This document shows positions 36,809-48,722 of a stretch of 64,000 nt of DNA, piece after piece. A program made the position numbers and the translations under genes. The stretch lies in contig JAUCBJ010009099.1 of the NCBI GenBank assembly GCA_032718475.1, forward strand, positions 1-64,000, read 5' to 3'. How positions within the stretch are numbered: position 1 is the first letter of the stretch; every line of letters begins with the position of its first letter. The notes under the pieces are model-generated. The model made no database searches, was not told where the DNA came from, and saw nothing but the letters and a program-made list of their open reading frames with translations. The DNA is from Nemertoderma westbladi (lineage: Eukaryota > Animalia > Xenacoelomorpha).

Positions 36809-37356
36809 TATAGCATTTGATTACGCTCAAAAACCAATATTTTACTCTTCAATATCAGTATGGTATTCTTCAATATAAATATTGCGAGTAATATCAATAA
36901 TATTACATCATCGTGCAATATTATTAACGGTACATGTAATTCTATATATTCTATTGAGTATTTAATAATTAACATAAGTTCAATCAATATTGTGCAAATA
37001 TTGATTCAATATACAAACATATTGAATTAATATGTTGACATGTTGGCAACATATTGAGTTAATATTGGCACAAATTAATCAATATGTTCACAACATATTA
37101 ATTAAATATCTTTTGTTCAGAATGTCAACATGTTGATTCAATATTTGCGAATATTCATTAAATATGTTTGTATATTGAATCAATATTTTTACACAATATT
37201 AATTGAATTTCTGTTATTGAATATACAATATTGAATTAACGTGTAAATATCGCATGATGATGTAATATTATTGATATTTCTCGCAATATTGATATTGAAG
37301 AATATTCTGATATTGAAGAGTGAAATATTGAATTTTGAGAGTAATCAAATGCCATA
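36809..37356. mobile_element. Foldback/MITE-like ~550-bp imperfect palindrome
   Basis: gtatagcatttgattacgctcaaaaaccaatattttactcttcaatatcag... is the reverse complement of ...ctgatattgaagagtgaaatattgaattttgagagtaatcaaatgccatac. The symmetry continues towards the centre at about 37080. Confidence 0.8.
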
Positions 37357-38281
37357 CAGGTACAGGTTATTTGGCAATACGATGACGATCGCCGTTACTT
37401 TACAAGCACATCTGTTTCGTGCCGTGCCTCTCTGTTTTTTTTGCTATGCAATAAAATGACACTAAACCGTAATAGGAAAGGAAACTGATACATCGTTATT
37501 GTTAGGTTACTGGTGTTGTGTTATGCTATGGAGAGTGTAGAGAGGCGCTGCACCAGAGCGATTGTTGTGTTATTAATTTAGGTCAGTGAATGCTATATAG
37601 AAATGATTATATTTAATAAATATATTTGTAGACAGATTTTTTTGGGGGGGGGGGGGGGGGATGTACCAGAATAATATTTCATGTAAATCATGAAATATTC
37701 AACGATCGATACTAAGCCTGTTCTGGAATTGTCTCCATGGCGACATATTTATAAAATAACATACCTTTGAAAATTCCAATTTTATTTCGAGATACAAAAA
37801 GTTCGTGGAGAACTTCCAACACCTTCTGTATAGAAACCGGTAAATAATCAGTTAAATAATCAAAATATAAACCAATTTAAACAAGAAAAATAAAAAGCCG
37901 ACGAAATACCACCAACAGCAACCGGTCTGATCAACTGTAATAATTACTTAGACACCACCAATCCGACAGTACTGGGACAATAATGGCCGACCAAACCATT
38001 AGGTACGACAACATTAAAGTTGAACGTAACTGAACTTGTGAACTCAACAAATAAAACTGTTAGAATTTAATAAGTTGTAACTTAAAGTTACTGGGCAACA
38101 ACAATAACAACAGTTTTAACATTTTTATCAATCGTCACAATTCCAATGGCCGTAACACTGACGATGTAATAGTAGGTTAGGAAGTTAACCACGGATTCAG
38201 TCACAACTCCATAACAGTACTGCATACACGGTTGAACTACTATCACCACCGGAATAGCTAATGAGTCACTCTGGTTAAATC

Positions 38282-38287
38282 TTTATT
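38282..38287 (-). promoter_or_regulatory. Candidate polyadenylation signal AATAAA of RPN1
   Basis: TTTATT on the + strand, about 85 nt downstream of the RPN1 stop. Confidence 0.45.
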
Positions 38288-38371
38288 ATGAACTAATACC
38301 GATTGCCCCCATGTCTTGTATTTATAAACTAAAAGTCGATTCAGTTAGCACTAATGGGTTGCCGTAGCGAC

Positions 38372-39067
38372 CTATAGTTGACCGGTAAGATGGTCGATCT
38401 TTCCCCGGAGTTCTTCCCGTTTATTGCGATTGGCCTTCTCGTTGTCGAGGTACTGCGGACGCGTCATCCTCCCATTGGTCACCTTCTCGGCCAACCCAAT
38501 GGCCTGCATTACGACGTCCCGATACTCCATCTCCCGTCGTTGGATCTCGGCGACCGCATCCACGTCGGCCAGCCGCTTCGCCGTCTCCGCCAGTGTCGCA
38601 TTCATCGCCTTCAACTCGACGTCGAGTTTCTTCCGGGCGTTCGCGAACGCGTTGGAATCCTTCGAGGATTTAAACTTGGTGACGACGGCGTCGTACTGCG
38701 AGTAGATCCCGACGCGTTTACGATGGAGTTCTAGGAACTGATGGACGAGAGCTACGGCGCGCAGTCGGCTCTCGGACTCGGCGTCCTGGTGGATGGAGAA
38801 GTCGAGACGCACGTAGATGATAACGAGGAGGAAGAAGACGTAGAGAGCCGTGACCACGATGATGGGCTCGTGGAGAAGGAGGATGTGGTTGAAGGTGTAC
38901 GATATTTCGAGGTCCTGGATGTGGTTCTCCACGAGGTTGGTGTGTCGAAGCACCACAACGGGACGTCCCACCGTGTCCAGGTAGGTCTTTACTACCTCGT
39001 CAGGACGCCGTTCAACAGGGTAAGGGGTCGTTACCTCGATGTCTCCAACACGTTCTGGGAGAATGAC
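38372..39067 (-). CDS. RPN1: Ribophorin I (OST subunit 1), exon 2
   Basis: Acceptor ctgcccag|GTC. Translation VILPERVGDIEVTTPYPVERRPDEVVKTYLDTVGRPVVV, then TM helix EPIIVVTALYVFFLLVIIYVRLDFSI. Length is 696 nt, in frame. Confidence 0.92.
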   Translation of the reverse strand, partial: VILPERVGDIEVTTPYPVERRPDEVVKTYLDTVGRPVVVLRHTNLVENHIQDLEISYTFNHILLLHEPIIVVTALYVFFLLVIIYVRLDFSIHQDAESESRLRAVALVHQFLELHRKRVGIYSQYDAVVTKFKSSKDSNAFANARKKLDVELKAMNATLAETAKRLADVDAVAEIQRREMEYRDVVMQAIGLAEKVTNGRMTRPQYLDNEKANRNKREELRGKIDHLTGQL

Positions 39068-39136
39068 CTGGGCAGGTAATTAATAATAGTACATTAGTAT
39101 AGGGCCTAATTCTAATCTTTATAAATATATCGATAC

Positions 39137-41221
39137 ACTTACCTTGTTTACCTCCAACCGATCCACTAACCTTGACCTCCAACCGATCCACTTACCTTGA
39201 CCTCCAACCGATCCACTATACTTGACCTCCAACCGATCCACTTACCTTGACCTCCACCAACCGATCCACTTACCTTGACCTCCACCAACCGATCCACTTA
39301 CCTTGACCTCCAACCGATCTACTTACCTTGACCTCCACCAACCGATCCACTTACCTTGACCTCCACCACCGATCCACTTACCTTGACCTCCAACCGATCC
39401 ACTTACCTTGACCTCCAACCGATCCACTTACCTTGACCTCCAACCGATCCACTTCCCTTGACCTCCAACCGATACACTTACCTTGACCTCCACCAACCGA
39501 TCCACTTACCTTGACCTCCACCAACCGATACACTTACCTTGACCTCCACCAACCGATCCACTTACCTTGACCTCCAACCGATCCACTTACCTTGACCTCC
39601 AAGTGTCCAACTGATCCACTTACCTTGACCTCCACCAACCGATCCACTTACCTTGACCTCCACCAACCGATCCACTTACCTTGACCTCCACCAACCGATC
39701 CACTTACCTTGACCTCCAACCGACCCACTTACCTTGACCTCCACCAACCGATCCACTTACCTTGACCTCCACCAACCGATTCACTTAAGTTGACCTCCAG
39801 CCGATCCACTTACCTTGACCTCCAACCGATCCACTTACCTTGACCTCCAACCGATCCACTTACCTTGACCTCCAACCGATCCACTTACCTTGACCTCCAC
39901 CAACCGATCCACTTACCTTGACCTCCACCAACCGATCCACTTACCTTGACCTCCACCAACCGATCCACTTACCTTGACCTCCAACCGATCCACTAACCTT
40001 GACCTCCAACCGATCCACTTCCCTTGACCTCAACCGATCCACTTACCTTGACCTCCACCAACCGATCCACTTACCTTGACCTCCACCAACCGATCCACTT
40101 ACCTTGACCTCCACCAACCGATCCACTTACCTTGACCTCCAACCGATCCACTTACCTTGACCTCCACCAACCGATCCACTTACCTTGACCTCCACCAACC
40201 GATCCACTAACCTTGACCTCCAACCGATCCACTTACCTTGACCTCCAACCGATCCACTTACCTTGACCTCCACCAACCGATCCACTTACCTTGACCTCCA
40301 CCAACCGATCCACTTACCTTGACCTCCACCAACCGATCCACTTACCTTGACCTCCAACCGATCCACTAACCTTGACCTCCAACCGATCCACTTCCCTTGA
40401 CCTTCAACCGATCCACTTACCTTGACCTCCACCAACCGATACACTTACCTTGACCTCCACCAACCGATACACTTACCTTGACCTCCACCAACCGATCCAC
40501 TTACCTTGACCTCCAACCGATCCACTTACCTTGACCTCCACCAACCGATCCATTTACCTTGACCTCCACCAACCGATTCACTTAAGTTGACCTCCAGCCG
40601 ATCCACTTACCTTGACCTCCAACCGATCCACTTACCTTGACCTCCAACCGATCCACTTACCTTGACCTCCAAGTGTCCAACTGATCCACTTACCTTGACC
40701 TCCACCAACCGATCCACTTACCTTGACCTCCAGCCGATCCACTTACCTTGACCTCCAACCGATCCACTTACCTTGACCTCCAACCGATCCACTTACCTTA
40801 ACCTCCACCAACCGATCCACTTACCTTGACCTCCACCAACCGATCCACTTACCTTGACCTCCACCAACCGATCCACTTACCTTGACCTCCAACCGATCCA
40901 CTTACCTTGACCTCCACCAACCGATTCACTTACCTTGACCTCCAGCCGATCCACTTACCATGACCTCCAACCGATCCACTTACCTTGACCTCCAACCGAT
41001 CCACTTACCTTGACCTCCAAGTGTCCAACTGATCCACTTACCTTGACCTCCAACCGATCCACTTACCCTGACCTCCACCAACCGATCCACTTACCCTGAC
41101 CTCCACCAACCGATCCACTTACCTTGACCTCCTCCAACCGATCCACTTACCTTGACCTCAAACCGATCCACTTACCTTGACCTCCAACTGATCCACTTAC
41201 CTTGACCTCCAAACGATCCAC
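39137..41221 (-). repeat. 25/28-bp tandem array (about 75-80 units) straddling the RPN1 splice donor and filling about 97% of the intron
   Basis: Unit GTGGATCGGTT[GGT]GGAGGTCAAG|GTAA is the last 21 exonic nt plus GTAA. Junctions between units regenerate AAG|GTAAGT. Confidence 0.96.
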
Positions 41222-42286
41222 CACGTAATCGTCGAACACATGATCCACCAGCCGGATCCGAAGACGATATTCGTTGTCCCGGGTAAAGAGGTACTGGTAG
41301 GTGGGCAGGTTGTAGCCGACGGTAAAGTGGGTCTTCCAACCCCCGAACAACGGAAACCGCGGACGAATTGTTACGTCCACGGAGTCGCTCTGCTCCCACA
41401 GATTCGACGTGGAGATGTTACCGATTTCGTCCCGGTAGTAAACGTCTTTCGCCAACGCCGGGAGAATCATCTTAAACTCCTTGAAAGCGGACAAGGTCTC
41501 CTGGGAACGTTGGTAGTCATAACGACTGAAGGTTCCTTTGAGAGTCGCTCCACTGTGCAGGAAGTTAAAGGTCTCCTCGACGGCGATGTTACCCCAGTGA
41601 GAGACTTCGATGACGCGTTGCATATCAGTGATAGTGATGAAGGCTTTGTTGTTCTCGTAGTGGATGGTGAGAGGCTGATGGGAGAAGGGTTCTACATCTA
41701 CGTAGGGACCGTATGTGATGAGGTTCTCTGATTGGGAAGTGGGATCCAGACGGGAGAATGTTTCAGTCTTCGTGGGGACTGGTAGATTGGCCGTGGTTGT
41801 TACTGACTTGGTTTTGTACGGAGAGTAGAAGTAGTAGTTGCCGGTGTATAGGACTAGTTGGCGTTCCGATTGACGGATGCTGGTAGGATAAGGGCGCAGG
41901 TTGTGGCTGTAAACCAAGGTCGCTTCTATCTTTGTCGAGTCGCCGGAGATTAGCGGCTTCTCCAAGGTCACCTCGACTCCGCTCTTATCTGCCTCGAGAG
42001 TTACTCGTTTGACTGGAAGTTCCACGGTTTCATCGCCGTTGTCGGTTGCGGTCGCCCCGAAGAAAGCGAGATTCTCGTCCAGATTTGGATCTAAGCCCAA
42101 TACGTAGGAGTCAGTTGGTTTAGAGCCGAGGTTCTCTATGGTGATGGTCGATGTTATCTTAACTAACTGAGAGGAGAGATCAATGGCCCGTTCCACTTTC
42201 CTGTTGATGAGATTTTCATTATTGGGCAAACCGAAAACTAACGTGGAAGTTAGTCCAGCGCACAACAACAATTGCAGCATCATCAT
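41201..42286 (-). CDS. RPN1: Ribophorin I, exon 1
   Basis: Signal peptide, then motifs IEVSHWGNIAVEE, FSRYDYQR, YYRDEIGNISTS and RPRFPLFGGWKT. It ends VDRLEVK|GTAAGT in phase 0. Spliced product is 593 aa. Confidence 0.94.
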
Positions 42287-42415
42287 GTTTGATAATAAAA
42301 AAGAGACAGATAAGAGATAACACCACTAAAAATGTAACGTAGGCCTACTAATTGCTAGCTAACGTAAAACTTAATCCTGTAGCTGTGTAGTGTGTATGTG
42401 TAGTGTACCGGCTGA

Positions 42416-43937
42416 CCGGTGTAACAGAGAATCCCCATCCATTCCCGGTTAAAATTACATACCGGCAGGCGGCAGACCAGTCAGTCAGTACCGGTACCTG
42501 TATTCAGGTAGTGTATTCTCACTCCCGGCATCCGGAGTGTATTTTCCCTAGTCTATTTTAAGCTTAACCCCTTCCAGCTCAAGTGAAAAATTTCCCCTGC
42601 ATTTATCAATTTTTACTCTGTGCAAATCCATCCCCGGTTACTACTACTAGCCTACTAATACTAGAAATCCATCCCTGTTTAAAGTTCCCTCGTGTATTCT
42701 CACTCCCGGTGTATTTTTTGCATCTTTCACAGTACCGGCTAACCGGTCCGGTACCTACTTTACTATATACAAATCTCTGACAGCTCGTGTGTTTGTCTGT
42801 GTACTAGACTGCTAGTGCTAGAGCAGTAGAGGTATCTGTGGTCGTCTGTTCGCTTAACTCTGTAACTGTAGGCTTATATCTGTAGGCTTCCTCTGTATAT
42901 ATCTGTATAGTAACGGATACCATCACAAACTATGCTCCAAAGCTAACTGCTGGCGTCCCCAAGATGATTGCCATTGTCGGCTCTGTAATTCTCCAGCAAG
43001 AATTGAACAGGCTCAGGTCTGCTCTGCGCTTCCACAAAACACACCTGCTTTCAAACTCGCAGTCCATCTTAACAGCCTTGATCTATGTGTTTAATCTATG
43101 TTTTCTTTAAGTATGTTTTATTTATTTATTTATAATTTTACTGTGCTAATTTTAACAATCCGATGCGGATTAAATTACAGCTCATCATCATATCTGTATA
43201 TCGCATTTAAATTAAATTGAAATTTAAAATATCATGGGCTGTGTCTGTGATCGTGTGATAGGGGTAAGAATACACTGAGGGTGGTTAAATTTCACTAAAA
43301 AATCACTCAGGACCCAGAGTACAGGAGTACGGTAGTTCAGTAGTTACACCCCCGGCTGCCCTGCTGCCCGGTAAAACAGTAAATATACCCAAGTAAATTC
43401 AGTCAGGAACACTGGTCACAATATTTCCAATTTACAGCCAGAATGTGTCCGCGGAAAACGCTCTCGGAGTGAAATTTCTCCATAGAAAACAATGCTAAAT
43501 TTCATTTGAAAACCGGCAGTGAAATTTTAACATTGGCATTCTAAAAATTATGCCATTAGAATCGCCATAAAATTCTGTATAAATTAATTTGAGAATTAGA
43601 ATCTCATCGGTGGGATAACTATCATAATATTAAAAATAAAAATGTGCCCAGCTTCTGCTTTGAGTACTAGCAACTAGCTGACTAGTGGAGTTACAGAGTT
43701 ACAGCCAAAATATGTCCGGAAATATAATCGCAGCCTGTGAAGGACAAATAGTGGATGCACGGACACTTTCTGGCTGTGAATATGTGGACAATTTTTGGCT
43801 GAGCTTCAGTCAGAAAGTAACCAGTGTTCCTAACTGAAATTCTAACCCGGCTGCGGCTGCCCGGGGGTGAAAATACACTAGGGAATTTTTACCCGGGGGT
43901 CAACGTTTGGGGGAGTGGAAATTATCTGCTACACCGG
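42416..43937. mobile_element. Probable decayed DNA transposon upstream of RPN1
   Basis: Imperfect TIR CCGGTGTAACAGAGAAT and ATTATCTGCTACACCGG. Internal inverted pair ttcagtcaggaacactggtcac (about 43398) and gtaaccagtgttcctaactgaa (about 43817). Confidence 0.5.
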
Positions 43938-44759
43938 TAGGCTGGTAGCAGCAGGCAGGCAGGGTAATGCTACAGTTATCCCAGCAGCCAGTATGCTAGG
44001 CTAGTCCTGTCTGCCTGTAGTCTCTAGTACTAGCAGTCTAGTACGGTCAGGCGGGACTGCAGTAACAGCTTAGCAAACTACAGTCCTGCAGTCTGACAGT
44101 AACAGTACAGCAGTCAGGCAGTAGTACGGTACCGGTACATCTGTTTGTCACTGTCATTGTAGTACCGTATAGTACCAGAGTACAGCAGTACCGGCCCGGC
44201 AGTAATATTTTGTAATACACTAATATTGAATAGGCCTATGTCTGTATGTACGGTACCTGGCTGCCTGGGTACGTTTTAGTACGTTTATCTACTACATACT
44301 GGCATAACTGCAGTACCTACTGATCTATCGGTCTGCCGGCAGCGGGTAAAACTACACGCGGCGCCGCGGCAGCCGGTAACACTTTACATGTACACTGTCT
44401 GACTGTAGGGGTAGGCTACTGCTGTACCTGTGACTGTATCCAGGTATCATGAACAGTCTGGGGTCTGGCAACTGGGGTACTGGCAGACTCTAGACTGCCA
44501 GACTGGAAATGCAGAGAATTCAATGTAATCAATCATATGCAATATTTACTTTCAATTTACAATCTTTCAATTTACGGCAGTCATGCAGTTGTATGTCTTT
44601 TCCCGGTATACTGTATGTATAGGGATAAATACAGAAATATAAATATTTTTTACTGTAACGCAAAAACCCAATTGGGGTGTCGTTTCAGGTTTCTCATAGG
44701 CCTTTAGGGTTAATGTTAAATTAATATCTTGTAATAAATTAATACATTTGCCTCTACCA

Positions 44760-45125
44760 CGCAATCTTCAAATATTAGCATGCTCCAATGCAGCGTGCAT
44801 TAAGAATGATATGCCGGCTATCGACCAAATTGCGCCGCCACAACTCAATAACCCCCATGAATTTCGCGAGATTATCCGCATCTTCAAAGTCAGTGTCCTT
44901 TATGAGGCGTCGCAAGAAAGTCATGGACTGTCTCCACCAAGCTTATTTTCTCAACGGGGCTGCCAAAGCACAATATTGTACACAGGCTGGTCCTCACGGC
45001 GAAAGCAATGTCCTGCAAAGCGGAGGCGATTTTGTTTTCAAGTGTCAAGCTTTGGGAAAACAATGAGACACCTCCAATGTTATATAGTGTCTAGTTGGAG
45101 ATGTGCGCATTTTACCTGACACAGT
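44760..45125 (-). mobile_element. Third copy of the short LINE 3' fragment
   Basis: cacggcgaaagcaatgtcctgcaaagcggaggcgattttg is the reverse complement of 2778-2817. Confidence 0.8.
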
Positions 45126-45272
45126 ATAGGACTTACAATAAATAGCACATACTGTACACTGTTGTCAGCTGTGGTTTCGGCGTAGGGATTACACAGTACA
45201 CCCGTCAAATAAAATTATATTTGCGTAACATGGTTTTTAACACAACCTACAGAATATACTGTACATAATATT

Positions 45273-46196
45273 CTTAAGCCGTAGTTTACTCCACCCCCCC
45301 CCCCCCCCCCCCTAACACTTTTTTTTAATGTCTTCAATTTCTACTGAAATTAAAATATTTTGATTTTATACAGTACAGTATGGGCTGTTAAAATATGGCT
45401 AAACATTTGTTCATTCGAAAAATTTTCCAATTTCCAGTCGCCCTCTAGCAGCATGAAACATGATTAGCGGTTAAAATGCTAACTAGTCATTCGAACTGAG
45501 GTAAAATTGGCTGAAACAAATTTTTTCGAATTACTGAGGTGAGCTCCACAAAAGTTATCGGTTAATATTTTTAGTTTTGCGTTTTTATGAAAATTTATTA
45601 ATATTTATGAAAATGAAACAAAATTTTCACAAATTTTTGGTTGTAATCTGAAAAATTGTCTGTAAAAACGGAAATATAAAAATCCCAGCCGATAACTTAA
45701 ATTAAAGAACTGCCGAAACCCTTTTGAATGAGCCAAACATATACAAATTTGGTTGATAATTGGCAGAAGAGTAGTCATTTGAAAGATGTCATTCCGAGAT
45801 AATTGCCTTCAAAATTCCCGCCACAACTGGCTGTCTGTTGACTGGTTGGTTAATCATTTGTGACACGAAAGAAGCACATCACCGAGCTGAAATTTTTATT
45901 ACGGGGGTTTTCTGGGTCGCTGATTTCTTTTACGATGTCAGTTTTAAGGTTTGGTGGAATCTAGTCTGTCTTTCTTACAATTTGAAGGACAGGCCGTCAT
46001 GGAAAAACATCGATAATTAAAAGAGGTCTCGCTAAGCGGTTTTCAGATTTGAAATCCTGGCTCATTAAATTCTACTAAAAATGAAATAATAAAACAAAAT
46101 ATTTGAAATTCTTAAATGCCCCCATTTAAAAATGGGGCACTTATAAAAAAAAATTTCAGGGGGGGGGGGGGGGGGGGTGTGTTACTCCGGCCTTAA
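45273..46196. mobile_element. Non-autonomous TTAA-flanked DNA transposon related to 28613-29452
   Basis: TTAA at both ends, imperfect TIRs with poly-C and poly-G subterminal tracts, and a shared internal block gtcattccgagataattgccttcaaa...gcggttttcagatttgaaatcc. Confidence 0.6.
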
Positions 46197-46751
46197 TGCA
46201 CGCTGCATAGAGGTGGCAAAAATATTTTTGTCAAGCCAGAATCTCAATGTGCAGCTTCATTGCAGCAGTCCGATTATAGCATAGTACTTTCAGTTTCAGA
46301 TTTGTCCGTTTACATTTGATGATCTGGGACACCAACAATAACTTTATTGGGTATGTCGCTTATGTCTAATTGTAGGGGCAATACTACTAGTCAGCTGCAA
46401 ATGTTGATCAATCCCACCCTGAATGTAAAGCCACAAGTGCTAGTGGCCATTTACCTCTCGGAATTGGAACTTTGCAAGTTTGTTTCACCAATACCATAAC
46501 ATACAGCCTACTATCACAGCCTAGTATATTAGTAGGCTGTGTATGAGTATATTACTAGTCCCTCGAATGGGTTGTTCTTCAACATTTTAGTTTCGTAAGG
46601 TATTCATTCAGTAGACCATAGTTTCCAAATGGATAGTGAAAGCTTATCTCAAAGTAGGAGAGCCTTTATCTAGGATATCAGGACAATTAGTCGCTGCTGG
46701 GTCAATACTAGGTTGTGAGGGACATAAAGATATTACAATACAATGATGGTA

Positions 46752-47794
46752 TGTAAAGGTTCTGACAAACTGTTTTATTATCTTCTCTCTAGTGGTATAT
46801 AAATGAAACTGTAAGTGAGATTAGTAGATATATTTACATGCGCCATCCTGCGGTTGATATTAGTATTTGTATTAGTCTAACAATACCCCCTCGCAATGAA
46901 TGATACTTGCACTAACGTAACGCTAAGTTTGTATAACACACTCATGCAAATATATCTCGCGTAATTATTTAATAATATATATATCTAAATATGTATAGTG
47001 TATTGTTTTCCACTTCTTAAAGTTTTTGTAACCGTATTAGTTCGTGGTGGATGATCTGTGTTCTGCGATACGGGTTGTATTATTTCTTCCCTTTCGATGT
47101 TTCCAGCAGACATTTCTAAAGAACCATTCGAAAATTTAGAAAAATCACTTACAAAATATTTCAGAAAAGGTAAATCAAAAGAAGTCGAAAGAAAACGATT
47201 CATACAAGCGACTCAGACATCGGGAGAAAACATCACGGATTTCGCCAAACGTCTAAGAAATATTTCAAGAAATTGCGAATTTCAAGAAGCATTAGATGAC
47301 CGTTTACGAGAACAACTAATTGCTGGGGTACGAGACGAACATGTTGCAGCAGAACTAATACACGCGAAAGACATTTCATTTTCAGAAGCTTTGATTACAG
47401 CAAAAAATTATGAAGAGGCATATAAAGTGGCACATCAGGTAGGAAACCAGAATTTGACACGTTTCGCGTCACTACACAAAGTTCAGGATTTCCGAAAGAT
47501 AAATATCGCCATACAAAGGAAGATCTCCTTCATATAAACCTTACAAATCTACAGAAAATTACAATCAATATTCTATAACATGTTATCGGTGTGGGAAACA
47601 AGGACACAAATCAAACCATTGTCGACTAAATCCTACTCGCAGCGCCAATGTTGGATGGAAAGGTGTAAAGGTTCTGACAAACTGTTTTATTATCTTCTCT
47701 CGAGTGGTATATAAATGAAACTGTAAGTGAGATTAGTAGATATATTTACATGCGCCATCCTGCGGTTGATATTAGTATTTGTATTAGTCTAACA
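46752..47794 (+). mobile_element. Gag-only LTR retroelement remnant (Gypsy-type gag) bounded by 131-bp direct repeats
   Basis: Near-identical repeats TGTAAAGG...GTCTAACA at 46752-46882 and 47664-47794. Gag-like ORF 47058-47537, then a CCHC knuckle CYRCGKQGHKSNHC at 47581 in another frame. Purine-rich GGATGGAAAGG precedes the second repeat. Confidence 0.8.
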
Positions 47795-47824
47795 TACACT
47801 ATATATACTATGTGTATACTATAC

Positions 47825-48091
47825 TCATGTACTATGTACATAGGTTAAACTGAGCAACATCTGCACAAACGCCTCAACAAACACAGATCCTCCATCAAAG
47901 ATGCCCGTAAAGGTCTCGACACGACAGATCCAGAGACACTCTTACTACAACACTTTGTCACCTGCCCCCTAGAGGACCTAACTATTACTTGCATTAAACA
48001 GTTCCGATCCCATTACCGCCGTATTAACACCGAGTTTGTACTTATTAACCTACACAAAACTCCCCTTAACAAAGTCACCCCTGCGATGTAG
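47825..48091 (+). mobile_element. Second Penelope-like GIY-YIG remnant
   Basis: MYIG*TEQHLHKRLNKHRSSIKD...DPETLLLQHF...INTEFVLINLHKTPLNK is homologous to the 7998-8320 remnant. Confidence 0.75.
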
Positions 48092-48512
48092 CTATATCAT
48101 TATGCCAACCTACACCCCCCCCCCCCCCCCCCTCCCACCTCTAAAGTGTAAATACCCCCCACAAATAGGGCCCAATTTGACCTACCGGTACTAAGATAAT
48201 TTCTTCCAGTCCCTGACTTCCAATCACCAGCTATTGTTTGTTAAACAAAAAGCTACATCCGTCAAGTTTTGCCTGATACCAACTTTCTCATTTCCTTCGT
48301 TTTGTACATATATAATTAATAACTATTATTGTTTATATGTATTAACATCCATAGATTGTATAAATTATTTATCCTGCTTAAATTACTTAATTATAAATCA
48401 ATATTTTAATACTATGTACTTTAACTATAATTACGCGTTCTGCCCATAGTTGTTTTATTTGTAAATTTACTTTGAATTTTATTTAATTTGGTTTTTTTAA
48501 TGTTTAATATAT

Positions 48513-48553
48513 TCCGCTGAAGACACCCGAAACGGGCGAAATGCGCATACGGA
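48513..48553 (+). ncRNA. Minimal type I hammerhead-ribozyme-like motif (Penelope-associated)
   Basis: UCCG CUGAAGA CA CCCG-AAA-CGGG C GAAA UGCGCA UA CGGA. Stem I is UCCG/CGGA, stem III is the palindrome AUGCGCAU, and the cleavage triplet is AUA. It lies about 420 nt downstream of the GIY-YIG ORF. Confidence 0.7.
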
Positions 48554-48722
48554 CATAAACTCTTTTATTTATATACGTGGCAAGACCCTCACCCCAGTTC
48601 TTCCCTCCAGCCCCCTGGAGGCTCAACATATAATTTGTGTAAGATGGCACATTACAGTGTGCTGATCTGAGTGGTCTGTTATACAACGAACATAGCAAGT
48701 AAAAATAATACACGAGGATCAG

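Noticed and set aside
41147-41200. C-terminal VSGSVGGQGKWIGLRSR of the RPN1 ORF
   Set aside because: Read-through into the intronic array; homology continues at VILPE in exon 2.
11500-41221. CRISPR-like interpretation of the arrays
   Set aside because: No unique spacers and no cas genes; eukaryotic intron-containing context.
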